From the IMG/VR virus record IMGVR_UViG_3300042294_003292, positions 1-64,000 of that record: 64,000 nucleotides of DNA; one strand, given 5' to 3'. This document shows positions 18,759 through 27,895 of the stretch, one piece after another. Numbering within the stretch: the stretch's first letter is position 1; each line of letters starts with the position of its first letter. Origin of the DNA: a virus. The notes beneath the pieces are model-generated. The model was given only the letters and a program-made list of their open reading frames with translations, was not told the origin of the DNA and searched no databases. Made by a program: the position numbers and the translations under genes.

Positions 18759-18806
18759 AACTAGCATCCAGGATGGTGGGTATGAAGAACAGCCTGAATG
18801 CTAGTT
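18759..18806 (-). ncRNA. Candidate small hairpin RNA
   Basis: TATAAT 18813-18818 then 14-bp stem (G-U works only on minus strand), 20-nt C/U-rich loop, then CTTTT. Confidence 0.4.
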
Positions 18807-18919
18807 AGTTAAATTATAACATATAGATAACATTGGCATAAAAAACACTATATATAGTAGTTACCAAATTGTTATGAAATCTTTATAAAAACGTAATAGA
18901 AAATATCGTTTGTTTCTGT

Positions 18920-19000
18920 TATAATCTTATATATATAATATATATAAATATATATAATATATAAATATTAAGTATATATTAATAATTAATATATAATAAT
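18920..19000. other. About 80-bp almost pure A/T tract
   Basis: Only 1 C and 1 G in the stretch; (TA)n runs. Confidence 0.85.
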
Positions 19001-19007
19001 CGGTTTT

Positions 19008-19343
19008 CTACTTTTTGTCAAAATGATTTAGAAGTGCTTCAAAAAGCTTATCAATTTTTTCTTCTAATCTATAACTATCTTTTTTTAGATCCGTTACTTC
19101 TTGGTTAATTTTTTTAATGTCTTTTCTTAGATCTTCGTGGTCTTTTTCCATTCTGCTAACCTGGTCCTTTATGCTTGAACCTCCATTAGGCCTTAGTTCC
19201 TTGGCCACACTTGTGATCTCGTCTTTAATGTAGACAGTAAATTTCTTGTGAACCTGGTAGGCTATTGAGGACGCCAGCGTAATCAGGGTTAGGATACCGA
19301 CAGTTAGGGGTACGTAGTTTTCTAGCCATTCAACAAGGGTCAT
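19008..19343 (-). CDS. Single-TM coiled-coil protein (holin/lysis-associated-like)
   Basis: N-terminal TM, ELRPNGGSSIKDQV motif, coiled coil; leaderless ATG 19343. Confidence 0.6.
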   Translation of the reverse strand: MTLVEWLENYVPLTVGILTLITLASSIAYQVHKKFTVYIKDEITSVAKELRPNGGSSIKDQVSRMEKDHEDLRKDIKKINQEVTDLKKDSYRLEEKIDKLFEALLNHFDKK

Positions 19344-19406
19344 ATCTATAATTATATTGTTTTTTTTAACATTTTTGCTCATGTTATAATTTATTTAGGA
19401 GGGTTC

Positions 19407-20045
19407 ATGTCAGTTCAAATATTCGATAACTACATTTCAGGCGAACAAGCAAAAATAATAATTGATGGCTTGTCCCCTTACCTGGTAAAGAGTGATCGTA
19501 TCGGGATGTCTGAAGCTCAGTACGAAGATCCGACAAAAGCTCTCTTTAATATTTATGACGGTAAGCCAATTATCGACAACGAAGAGTCGCTAGACGCTGC
19601 AACTCTTTTTACGGAAATAGTAAATGATGTCGCAAAAGAGATCAGCAAATTTTATAATGTAGAGGCTGTGGTTGCAAGTTCGATTTTTGCAGAGGTTGCC
19701 GAAGGTGGGTTCAACGGACTTCATTGCGATAGCGTGATGCTGGATGGAACTCCGTGGGACGATAATAATGAAGCGCTGGATAATCTTGAGTTCTCGGCAC
19801 TAGTATATTTGAATACTTCGGGAGTAGATTACGAAGGCGGTCAAATCGAATTTCCAAATCAAAAGATCAGGGTAACGCCAGAAGCTGGGAAGATGGTTTT
19901 CTTTCGGGGCGATATTGATCACCCACATGAAGTCTTCGAAGTAACCGCAGGTAAAAGATATACGCTGGTTTTGTTTTATGGCAGGGCCAGTGAAGTCAAG
20001 CAATATCAGCGATTTTTGTCGGAGCGAGATTTCGGCGGTATATAG
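19407..20045 (+). CDS. P4H-like 2OG-Fe(II) oxygenase
   Basis: HCD...VYLN...YEGG...HEV...KRY. Confidence 0.9.
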   Translation: MSVQIFDNYISGEQAKIIIDGLSPYLVKSDRIGMSEAQYEDPTKALFNIYDGKPIIDNEESLDAATLFTEIVNDVAKEISKFYNVEAVVASSIFAEVAEGGFNGLHCDSVMLDGTPWDDNNEALDNLEFSALVYLNTSGVDYEGGQIEFPNQKIRVTPEAGKMVFFRGDIDHPHEVFEVTAGKRYTLVLFYGRASEVKQYQRFLSERDFGGI

Positions 20046-20138
20046 AGATACCATAACCACTATACAGTAAAACCCTGTAATATGGTTACTTGCACTAAAA
20101 AGCCTGACATGCTATAATATTTAAACAAGGTGGGTTAT

Positions 20139-20339
20139 ATGTCTGATGATGTACGATTTATAGACCTTTTCGATCCTAATCAGCCTAGGAGCGATAAAGA
20201 GCTTATCGAGTACAGGCTCAGTATCTGTAATCAATGTCCCTGGTTTAATAAGCGCCTAGTTAAGTGCAAACAATGTGGGTGCTTCATGAAACTAAAAAGT
20301 ACGCTAAAACAAGCTAAATGTCCAATAGATAGGTGGTAA
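20139..20339 (+). CDS. Small Cys-rich protein
   Basis: ICNQCP...CKQCGCFMKLK...CPIDRW; paralog of 13295..13543. Confidence 0.7.
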   Translation: MSDDVRFIDLFDPNQPRSDKELIEYRLSICNQCPWFNKRLVKCKQCGCFMKLKSTLKQAKCPIDRW

Positions 20340-20527
20340 AAGTGACTAGAGAAGAAGTTGTACAGAAGATGGTTGAAATCGCAGAAGCGTTTAACCTACA
20401 GGCTATTCAGGGTGCTGGTCTACCAGAGACTCAGATTGAGGAAATGGTTGCACAGGTTAGGCCACAGTTGTATACAATCCAAGGCGAGATTTATGATACC
20501 CTCGTCGAAGATGGAGTTATTCAGTAA
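20333..20527 (+). CDS. Hypothetical protein
   Basis: ORF overlapping upstream stop. Confidence 0.5.
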   Translation: MVKVTREEVVQKMVEIAEAFNLQAIQGAGLPETQIEEMVAQVRPQLYTIQGEIYDTLVEDGVIQ

Positions 20528-20627
20528 TTCTTATTAAGATGGATTCTGTGGAGTCTTGCAAGGACACTTGTCATTACAGCCACATGCCATCTTGTGCTTA
20601 ATAATCAACATGATATTATTATAATCT

Positions 20628-21383
20628 ATGATAGTAAAAGATCTTTCTAAGGATATTCTATATATCGAAAATGTCTTTGAACGTGCCCAGGACTTTGTCG
20701 ATGCTATAGAGAGATTCGATTCAGATACCCAAGTTCATCCTGTTATTCCAGCTTGGAGAGATTGGTATGACGGTGTTCCGTACCAGGATGAAGATGGTGT
20801 ATGGCAGGTTAACTATCATGATGCCCCCAAAGGAAAGCAAAAGCTATTTGATTGGAACATATCAGCTACTAACAATTATAGGGTGTGGCCACTTCCAGAA
20901 GATGATCTTGGAGACTATGCCCACAAGATAGCAAATCCAGTTATTCATTTAATTCACGAACCATATCTAAAGGTCCTAGATATTTGGTATGAGAAGACTG
21001 GACACAAGAAGCTAGATTATGTCTCTAAAAACTATACCCTGAAAAAATATAATACTGGTGGCTCTATAGGCACTCATATTGATAAGAATGATCAAGATCC
21101 AGGAAGCACCATGGACTATACCGTTCTTTTTTATCTAACAGATAACTATGAAGGTGGAGAGATAGAGTTTACAGAAGCAAATATAACTCTAAAGCCTGCA
21201 GCTGGAAGTGCTTTGATATTTAAAACCACAGAGCCCCATATGGCATATGAAGTAAGAGAAGGAGATAAATACTTTATCTTCATGTATATTCACACAGAGT
21301 TTGGACATTCCACCAGTTTGTATGAAGACTTTGTTGCCCTCAATAATTCTATTTCAGAATATAGGAAAAACCTAAATTCATAA
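20628..21383 (+). CDS. P4H-like 2OG-Fe(II) oxygenase
   Basis: HID...FYLTDNYEGGEI...HMA...K. Confidence 0.85.
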   Translation: MIVKDLSKDILYIENVFERAQDFVDAIERFDSDTQVHPVIPAWRDWYDGVPYQDEDGVWQVNYHDAPKGKQKLFDWNISATNNYRVWPLPEDDLGDYAHKIANPVIHLIHEPYLKVLDIWYEKTGHKKLDYVSKNYTLKKYNTGGSIGTHIDKNDQDPGSTMDYTVLFYLTDNYEGGEIEFTEANITLKPAAGSALIFKTTEPHMAYEVREGDKYFIFMYIHTEFGHSTSLYEDFVALNNSISEYRKNLNS

Positions 21384-21565
21384 AAATCTGAATATTTTTT
21401 AAATATGTACGATACACGATCACGCTAAAAAACACCAAATTACTAGAGCGCACACCACACCCCGTACGACCCATGTTATAAAAATGTTATAAGACACTAC
21501 GGCGTGTCTCCCCTAAAATGTCGTAGGGTGGTGCTAATGTATAAGTAGTTAGAAAGGATAAATAA

Positions 21566-21805
21566 ATGAACATAATGGAAATTAGAAAGAACGGAATTGG
21601 TTCTAACTTTTCTGTAATCAACCCAGAGGACGGATACCGCAAGGACAACCGCCTATGGTTCGGAACTTGTAGCGAGTGTGGTGAGAGCGTCACCAACTCA
21701 AGCCTAAAGGGTTCTTGGGTTCACTCTATTCACTCTCTAACAGAATACGCCCCTGGTAAGTTTGTGAACTCTTATCGTGATTCTGAGGTGTGTCCTAACG
21801 CATAA
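21566..21805 (+). CDS. Hypothetical early protein (CxxC)
   Basis: Own promoter, AGAAAGGA RBS. Confidence 0.7.
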   Translation: MNIMEIRKNGIGSNFSVINPEDGYRKDNRLWFGTCSECGESVTNSSLKGSWVHSIHSLTEYAPGKFVNSYRDSEVCPNA

Positions 21806-21849
21806 ATGTCGTAGGGTTATGCTAGTATCTAAATAGAAAGGATAAATAA

Positions 21850-22050
21850 ATGAGATACCAAAACAAATACTACCAGCCAGTAGATAGCCTAACACGCTAC
21901 GCTAAGGTAAACCTGCTAAACCTTCAGGCAGTAGAAGAACAAATAGACTTGCTAATCTCAATTAGTGATGACCCTAGTTGGGAAACTATCAAAGAGGTAG
22001 AAGGTCTAATCAAAGTAGCAAAATCACTTGGAACTAAGAGGAGTTGGTAA
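21850..22050 (+). CDS. Hypothetical early protein
   Basis: Own promoter, AGAAAGGA RBS. Confidence 0.7.
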   Translation: MRYQNKYYQPVDSLTRYAKVNLLNLQAVEEQIDLLISISDDPSWETIKEVEGLIKVAKSLGTKRSW

Positions 22051-22363
22051 TTGTGATAACCCTAACCTTTGAAACTTGGGAAGAGTTTGATAACGCTATT
22101 GGTTCTATTGTAGCTTTGGAGACTGCTATCGCTACCCCCAGCGAATAGCAAAAGTTTTCTAAAACACGGCGTGTCGTATTGACAATGTCGCCCATCTGGG
22201 CTCGGGCCCCCCAATATCTAGTAGTCCTAATTAAGTTAAGACACTAGATCTAGATCTCCCAGAATTATAACAAAATGATAACAAGTATCACGACACACCC
22301 CTAAATGTCCCCAAAATGTCGTAGGGTCGTGATAGGTTTTTAGTAGTTAGAAAGAAGGAATAA

Positions 22364-22549
22364 ATGAGTAGAAGAATGTGGCGTAAAACTGAATGTAAAG
22401 GCTGTGGCTATGTCCAAGAAACAAGCACTAGCTACTACCTAGACCGCAAGCAGTGGGACGCAAACCACCTGCCCTATCACTACAGCGTGTTGCCCAAGAA
22501 AATGTCTGAGGGTTATGCTAAGTTAGAACTATCAACGAAAGGAAACTAA
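22364..22549 (+). CDS. Hypothetical early protein (CxxC)
   Basis: Own promoter, AAGGA RBS. Confidence 0.65.
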   Translation: MSRRMWRKTECKGCGYVQETSTSYYLDRKQWDANHLPYHYSVLPKKMSEGYAKLELSTKGN

Positions 22550-22553
22550 ATAA

Positions 22554-22733
22554 ATGACTGAACAGATTTGCGTATTTTGTATGAACCTAGTCAATGACTA
22601 TGTTTGTTTTGAGTGTGATGACTACAAGGGTCTAATGCCACTAAAAGAGGCAGAGGCTTACTTGGGTGAGGATTTCCCAGAGGAATACCGCCAACCAATG
22701 TCTATCTATGGACAAAACCTAATCTGGCAATAA
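22554..22733 (+). CDS. Small Cys-rich early protein
   Basis: MTEQICVFC...CFEC; GAAAGGA RBS. Confidence 0.6.
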   Translation: MTEQICVFCMNLVNDYVCFECDDYKGLMPLKEAEAYLGEDFPEEYRQPMSIYGQNLIWQ

Positions 22734-22778
22734 TGTCAGACCCCTATGCTAGATTTGTAAAAACGAAAGGATAAATAA

Positions 22779-22949
22779 ATGGCTTACAACAGAGAATCAC
22801 ACGAACTACTAGACTCAGCACTAGAGGTTCTAAAGACTAAGGCTCAATACCCTTATGCCAGAATGGTTGGATACCTAATGCCTAATGTGCCACTAGAAGA
22901 TGCTAAGCGTATCGCAGAACTAATCCTAGAGTGGGAGGGCGACAAGTGA
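22779..22949 (+). CDS. Hypothetical early protein
   Basis: CGAAAGGATAAATAA-ATG. Confidence 0.6.
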   Translation: MAYNRESHELLDSALEVLKTKAQYPYARMVGYLMPNVPLEDAKRIAELILEWEGDK

Positions 22950-23321
22950 GTCTGTCAGTAGAAGAACTAGAAACCCTAATTTTCCAAATTGACCTAATGC
23001 TCTCAGAAGATAAAATGTCTGAAGGTGTTGGTAGTCTTTTTACAACTAGAGAGGATAACTAAATGATTTTCTATAACGGATTCAATCTAATGGTTGATTT
23101 GATTTTGGTTGCTGTTGTGTATGTAATTGCTCACGGCATTGGATACCGCAAAGCCAAAGACTTTTTTCAGCCCCCGTTCTAACGGCGTGTCGCCTTGACA
23201 AAGTGTCAGGGTGGCGGCCGAGCCCTGGATCAGATCGGGCCCCAATTTGTTTACGAATATTTTTACGACACTCCCAGAAAATCTCCCAATAAATGTCAGA
23301 GGGTAGATGTATAATAAAGCT

Positions 23322-23486
23322 ATGAAACTAGGAAAAGCTAATGAATCAAGACGCAAGGCGGAAAGTAAAGAACTATTCCGCAACTTACTAAAAGCTCCTC
23401 ACCTAGTTTCTACACCAGAAAAATACAAGGGAAGTCGTCAGTCTAACAATACTAAGGCTATTAGAGAAAGTAAGGCAGATGAGTAA
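23322..23486 (+). CDS. Small basic early protein
   Basis: Leaderless ATG after TATAAT; MKLGKANESRRKAESK... Confidence 0.5.
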   Translation: MKLGKANESRRKAESKELFRNLLKAPHLVSTPEKYKGSRQSNNTKAIRESKADE

Positions 23487-23609
23487 TTATAACTGTTGGG
23501 ACTGTAATAAGCTAACTAGACACTTATTCGAATACAGAACAATAAATGTCTGTGCCTCATGTTATGCTATTAGAGTTGGACACCCCTCAGCAAGAAAGTT
23601 GGTAAAGTA

Positions 23610-23912
23610 ATGGGAAGCTTACAAGCAAGCGAATTCGCTCAAATGGATGTTGATATTGAAACTGCCTTGGCGTGGCACTTGAAGGGTAATCACTATCCAC
23701 CAATTCCTAGCTCAATGATACAACCATGTATAGAGGCTATTGACGCTTATTGGGAAGAGGACTACAACAGACTAATCCAATTGCCAATTGATGGCGTAGA
23801 CCGTAATGGAGAGCCGTTCCAAATTAGATGGCGTGATGGCTCAGACAAGGCTCCCGCTTGGGCCCTAGTTGAACACGCTCACCTTGACGCTTGGCTACCT
23901 GAAATAGAATAA
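23610..23912 (+). CDS. Hypothetical phage protein
   Basis: HLKGNHYPPIP...HLDAWL pattern. Confidence 0.7.
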   Translation: MGSLQASEFAQMDVDIETALAWHLKGNHYPPIPSSMIQPCIEAIDAYWEEDYNRLIQLPIDGVDRNGEPFQIRWRDGSDKAPAWALVEHAHLDAWLPEIE

Positions 23913-23954
23913 ATGTCAGACGTAGTCTGTATAATTATCTAAGAAAGGACCCCT

Positions 23955-24674
23955 ATGCCCCTAATACGTTCAAAAGATAGAAAGGTTACAAATGCGGTAT
24001 CTCCGAATGGTAAGTCGCCCACTATTGCTAACACCTTTGGGCTTCCGTCTGGTAAAGCGTTTTCCTGCCCTGGAGCAACTAGTGTATGCGAGAAAATCTG
24101 CTATGCGGGTAAACTAGAGAAAATCTATAAAGGCGTCAAGGACGTCCTTCTAACCAATTGGGACCTGCTACGTAATGCAGACCAATTGGAAATGGAAGCG
24201 CTATTGTTCCAAATGATAGATGAGTTTGATAAAGACTGTAACAAGCGCAATGCAGAAAAGCTGTTTCGAATTCACTGGGACGGTGACTTCTTCAATGAGA
24301 CTTATACTCACGCTTGGAAGAATGTAATCCTTGCATTCCCTTCCATTCAATTCTGGGTATACACCCGTTCAGACTTTGCGGTACCTATCCTTAGCGATGT
24401 TTCTAACTTATCACTGTACTTCTCAACTGATGATGATAACTGGCAGCTGGCTAGTGAGTTGAAGAAAGCCAATGGCGTTAAGCTTGCATACCTTGCTCAA
24501 AATTTTGCAATGGGTAAAGAGCGGATGTTGTCTATCACGCCTAAGTCTGCAATTCCTTGCCCTGAGAATGCGAAGAAACTTCCGCTAATCAGTGACAAGG
24601 GTTCCGCCTGCGTTACTTGCGGACAGTGTGTTTTTGCACGTAATGACATTTTGTTTAGCGCTAGTAAAAAGTAA
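23955..24674 (+). CDS. GP88-like Cys-rich (putative Fe-S) phage protein
   Basis: SCPGATSVCEKICYA, FRIHWDGDF, FWVYTRS, CPE...CVTCGQC. Confidence 0.7.
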   Translation: MPLIRSKDRKVTNAVSPNGKSPTIANTFGLPSGKAFSCPGATSVCEKICYAGKLEKIYKGVKDVLLTNWDLLRNADQLEMEALLFQMIDEFDKDCNKRNAEKLFRIHWDGDFFNETYTHAWKNVILAFPSIQFWVYTRSDFAVPILSDVSNLSLYFSTDDDNWQLASELKKANGVKLAYLAQNFAMGKERMLSITPKSAIPCPENAKKLPLISDKGSACVTCGQCVFARNDILFSASKK

Positions 24675-24828
24675 GGGGATGAGGTAAAATATATCATGGA
24701 CACTTTCTACATTCTATTGATTTTATTTCTCATGGCCCTGCTACTAGTTTCTAATAATAGAAAATAGAATCATGCTATAGGGGCATGTTAACCTAGGGAT
24801 CTTGTTATATCCTTTCTTAGGTCCCTGG

Positions 24829-24855
24829 CGTCCTGGCCACGACGATAAACTGGCC
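24829..24855 (+). ncRNA. 27-nt H-type pseudoknot motif, copy 1
   Basis: CGTC-CT-GGCCA-C-GACG-ATAAAC-TGGCC. Confidence 0.7.
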
Positions 24856-24964
24856 ACATTTCGGCCCGAGCCGCTTTATAACAAAATGGTAACAAGTTTA
24901 CGACACGTCTCAAAAATGTCCTAGGTATGATGTATAGTAATACTACCTAAAAAGAAAGTAGAGT

Positions 24965-25528
24965 ATGGGAACTAGAGGAATCACAGAAGTAGTTTACAAT
25001 GGTGAAATTGTTGTTAGCCAGTATGGTCAATGGGACCACTACCCAAGCGGTCAGGGTATCACAGCGTTCAAGTTTCTACGCAGTCAAGAAAACATTGACA
25101 ACCTAAAGAAAAATCTTGCCCTAGTCTATGTTCCAAGTGATGACGAATACAAAGCTATTGTAAGCAAGTATTCTGATGAGCGTGGAATGATGACTATGGA
25201 ACAGGGTGATGAGTTCAACAAGATGTATCCAAGTCTAACCAGAGATACTGGTGCTGGTATCCTTGAGATTATTGCTAACGCAACTGAATCAGTCCCACTA
25301 TTTTTGGACCTAGAGTTCAAAGATGACAGACTATTCTGTGAAGGTGTTTATACAATCAACTTAGATGACAACACTTTCACAACTAGATACAATCGCTACG
25401 AAAATGACAATGATGAAGATGTTTATACTTTATCTTTTGAGCAGATTCTTTACACGGGTGAAGATGACTATCTTGAAAGAGCAAAGTGTGGAGTCTATCA
25501 GTATCAAAAGTCTGAGGCTTTAGCCTAA
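24965..25528 (+). CDS. Hypothetical phage protein
   Basis: MGTRG...QYGQWDHYPSGQG; own promoter and RBS. Confidence 0.75.
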   Translation: MGTRGITEVVYNGEIVVSQYGQWDHYPSGQGITAFKFLRSQENIDNLKKNLALVYVPSDDEYKAIVSKYSDERGMMTMEQGDEFNKMYPSLTRDTGAGILEIIANATESVPLFLDLEFKDDRLFCEGVYTINLDDNTFTTRYNRYENDNDEDVYTLSFEQILYTGEDDYLERAKCGVYQYQKSEALA

Positions 25529-25535
25529 CAAGATA

Positions 25536-25562
25536 CCCTGCCAGCTTGACAAACTGGCGGGG
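25536..25562 (+). terminator. Hairpin after 24965 gene
   Basis: CCCTGCCAG-CTTGACAAA-CTGGCGGGG. Confidence 0.45.
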
Positions 25563-25749
25563 ATCTGCTCGGCCCCAAAACTAGGCGTTTGTCAAGTTTA
25601 CGATTATAACAATTTTTCCCCTGAATTGTTATAAATAACTTGGGCGTGGCTCTTGATAATGTCGGAGGTATGCCCTATAATTTAGGAGTAGCAAAAACGA
25701 CTACTAAATAGAAAAATCCTAGTGGAAAGACTAGGTGAAAGGAAGCAAA

Positions 25750-25905
25750 ATGGCAAATGTAATTGCCCCCGTTGTTGGCTCACAATACACTACTCAGAAA
25801 TCAGGCGTTTCTGGGATTGTTCAGGAAGTTGTCGCAAACAAGACTGGAACTTTCCGTGTCCGTCTTGATGTAAATGGGCAGCCTCGCTGGACTACTATCA
25901 AGTAA
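25750..25905 (+). CDS. Small hypothetical protein
   Basis: GAAAGGA RBS; MANVIAPVVGSQY...RWTTIK. Confidence 0.6.
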   Translation: MANVIAPVVGSQYTTQKSGVSGIVQEVVANKTGTFRVRLDVNGQPRWTTIK

Positions 25906-25916
25906 TAAATTAGTTT

Positions 25917-25953
25917 GAGGGGGTAGAGTTATTTATCCTTTCGCTACCCCCTC
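25917..25953 (+). ncRNA. Hairpin with anti-RBS loop
   Basis: GAGGGGGTAG/CTACCCCCTC stem; loop TTATTTATCCTTTCG is the exact complement of 22764-22778. Confidence 0.55.
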
Positions 25954-26013
25954 TCCTAAAATGTCTGACCCTGCCCCTATAATGTAATTACCCCAAATAG
26001 AAAGTAGAAACAA

Positions 26014-26460
26014 ATGGCTAGAACCCTGTCCGTAAAAGTTCCAACAAGCAAACTAATCGCAGACATTGAGCAGTCTATCGCTAAGATTGACGCAGACATT
26101 GAGGCGTATTCTGGATTGCGTAAGAAGTATGAAGCAGACATCAAGCAGTATGAGAAAGACCTTATTGCTTATGCTGTAAAGGCACTACAAGACCCAAACA
26201 ATGTTGGCACAGACCACAACTCTCTAATTCGTGTATCAACCAACAACTACCGCAACTCTGTATCTGTTGATTTTGATACTGAGGGTCTTGGTTTCCCAAA
26301 GAAGCCAGAAGAGCCAGCAAGACCAAATGAGAAGACCTACTTTGGTAGGGACTACACCACACGCAAGGAAATCCTAGAGAAGAACCTGCGTATTCTAAAG
26401 ATGACCTCTCAAGAGGAAGTATCAGCAAGTTCTTACTCTGCTGTGATTGACCTAATCTAA
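26014..26460 (+). CDS. Hypothetical coiled-coil protein
   Basis: Own promoter, AGAAAGTAG RBS. Confidence 0.75.
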   Translation: MARTLSVKVPTSKLIADIEQSIAKIDADIEAYSGLRKKYEADIKQYEKDLIAYAVKALQDPNNVGTDHNSLIRVSTNNYRNSVSVDFDTEGLGFPKKPEEPARPNEKTYFGRDYTTRKEILEKNLRILKMTSQEEVSASSYSAVIDLI

Positions 26461-26469
26461 TTAGGGAAA

Positions 26470-26496
26470 CGACCTGAGCAAGTCGCTAAACTGCTC
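26470..26496 (+). ncRNA. 27-nt H-type pseudoknot motif, copy 2
   Basis: CGAC-CT-GAGCA-A-GTCG-CTAAAC-TGCTC. Confidence 0.7.
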
Positions 26497-26700
26497 TCCC
26501 CTTGGCACAAATACTGCGTGATCTGATCACCCAAAGCTGAAGCCAGGGGGATCTTCCCGTTTTTGGCTCGGGCCGCCGTTACCAAATTGTTATTTTAAGA
26601 AGTCTAATTATTTTGCCCCAGATTCTTGACAATGTCAGAGGGTGGCTGTAAAATAGTCTCAACAAACAAATAACTAATAACCCTAATAGAAAGTAGAAAA

Positions 26701-27702
26701 ATGGCACATTTGCTAGAACAGTCCGCAACAGGCGAAACCGCTTTTGCTTCTTTTCGTGAGCCAGCTTGGCACCAGCTAGGCACAGTTTTCAATGAGGAAG
26801 TCTCAACTAACAAGATGTTGAAACTCGCACACCTTGACAACTGGAATGTTCGCTTGGAAGATGTAGCAATTCCAAATGGTTTTGAGAGTGACAAGAATTA
26901 TTTCTTCGTGACTAGAACTAACCCATTCAACAAGCAACAGAATGATGTTCTTGGCGTTGTTGGTGAAAGATACAATGTTCTTCAGAATGAAGACTTGTTT
27001 GATTTTGGTGATGCCCTGCTGGACGGCGGTCGCTGGGAGACTGCTGGTTCTATCAAGAACGGCAGACAGGTTTTCGGTTCTCTTGCTCTTGAGCGTGAAA
27101 CAGTTCTTGACCCTAACGGCGTTTCAGATGTTGTGAAGTCTTATTTGCTAATCAACACTAGCCACGACGGCTCAGTTGCTATTCAGGCTTCTATCACACC
27201 TGTTCGTGTTGTATGTGCTAACACTCTAAACCTTGCTCTTGGTAAAGGCAACAGAGGTGTCAAGCAGTCTTTCAAGATTCGCCACACCCAAACCGCTTCA
27301 GGCAAAGTTGCTCAGGCTCGTGAGGCTCTTGGTCTTGCTAATAAGTATCTTGATGAGTTTGACAAGCTTGCTCAGTCTATGATTGAAAAAGAATTGACTA
27401 AGGCTCAGTTTGACAAGATTGTTGAGCTGGCTTACCCAAAGCCAGACAAAGATACCAAAGGTGCTGTCAAGAAGTGGGAAAACAAAACAGACATTCTTCA
27501 GAGTATCTATGTTGGTTCAACTAACGGAATGATTGCTGGAACTGCTTGGGGTGCTTTCAATGCTCTAACTGAGAGACTAGACTGGTATCGCACTGCTAGA
27601 GGTGGCTCTAACGAATCTATTCTAGCAGCTGCTTCTGGTTTTGACCCTGTGACTACCGCAGAAAAAAACAGACTGCTTCAGTTGGTCTTGGCTAACAGCT
27701 AA
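26701..27702 (+). CDS. DUF932 / TIGR03299 phage-plasmid protein
   Basis: REPAWHQLG, ETAGSIKNGRQVF, NTSHDGS, TPVRVVCANTL, IRHT, GTAWGAFNA. Confidence 0.85.
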   Translation: MAHLLEQSATGETAFASFREPAWHQLGTVFNEEVSTNKMLKLAHLDNWNVRLEDVAIPNGFESDKNYFFVTRTNPFNKQQNDVLGVVGERYNVLQNEDLFDFGDALLDGGRWETAGSIKNGRQVFGSLALERETVLDPNGVSDVVKSYLLINTSHDGSVAIQASITPVRVVCANTLNLALGKGNRGVKQSFKIRHTQTASGKVAQAREALGLANKYLDEFDKLAQSMIEKELTKAQFDKIVELAYPKPDKDTKGAVKKWENKTDILQSIYVGSTNGMIAGTAWGAFNALTERLDWYRTARGGSNESILAAASGFDPVTTAEKNRLLQLVLANS

Positions 27703-27708
27703 CCAAAA

Positions 27709-27734
27709 GTCCTGGGCATGACCAAAAACTGCCC
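27709..27734 (+). ncRNA. H-type pseudoknot motif, copy 3
   Basis: GTC-CT-GGGCA-T-GAC-CAAAAAC-TGCCC. Confidence 0.65.
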
Positions 27735-27895
27735 TCCATTCACACTTGACAAGATCGCAATTTTCGGGCCGAGCGCCTAAAGTAAAATTAGTTAATAAAA
27801 AATACCAATTACGAAGTGGTAAATAATTTCCCAGAAATCTTGATAATGTCAGAGGCAACCACTATAATGTAACTACCCTAAAAGAAAGTAGACAA

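Noticed and set aside
23087-23383. Minus-strand ORFs within the early module (also 24497, 25126, 26162, 26604, 27622)
   Set aside because: They overlap better-supported plus-strand genes or motif-rich intergenic DNA and lack RBSs
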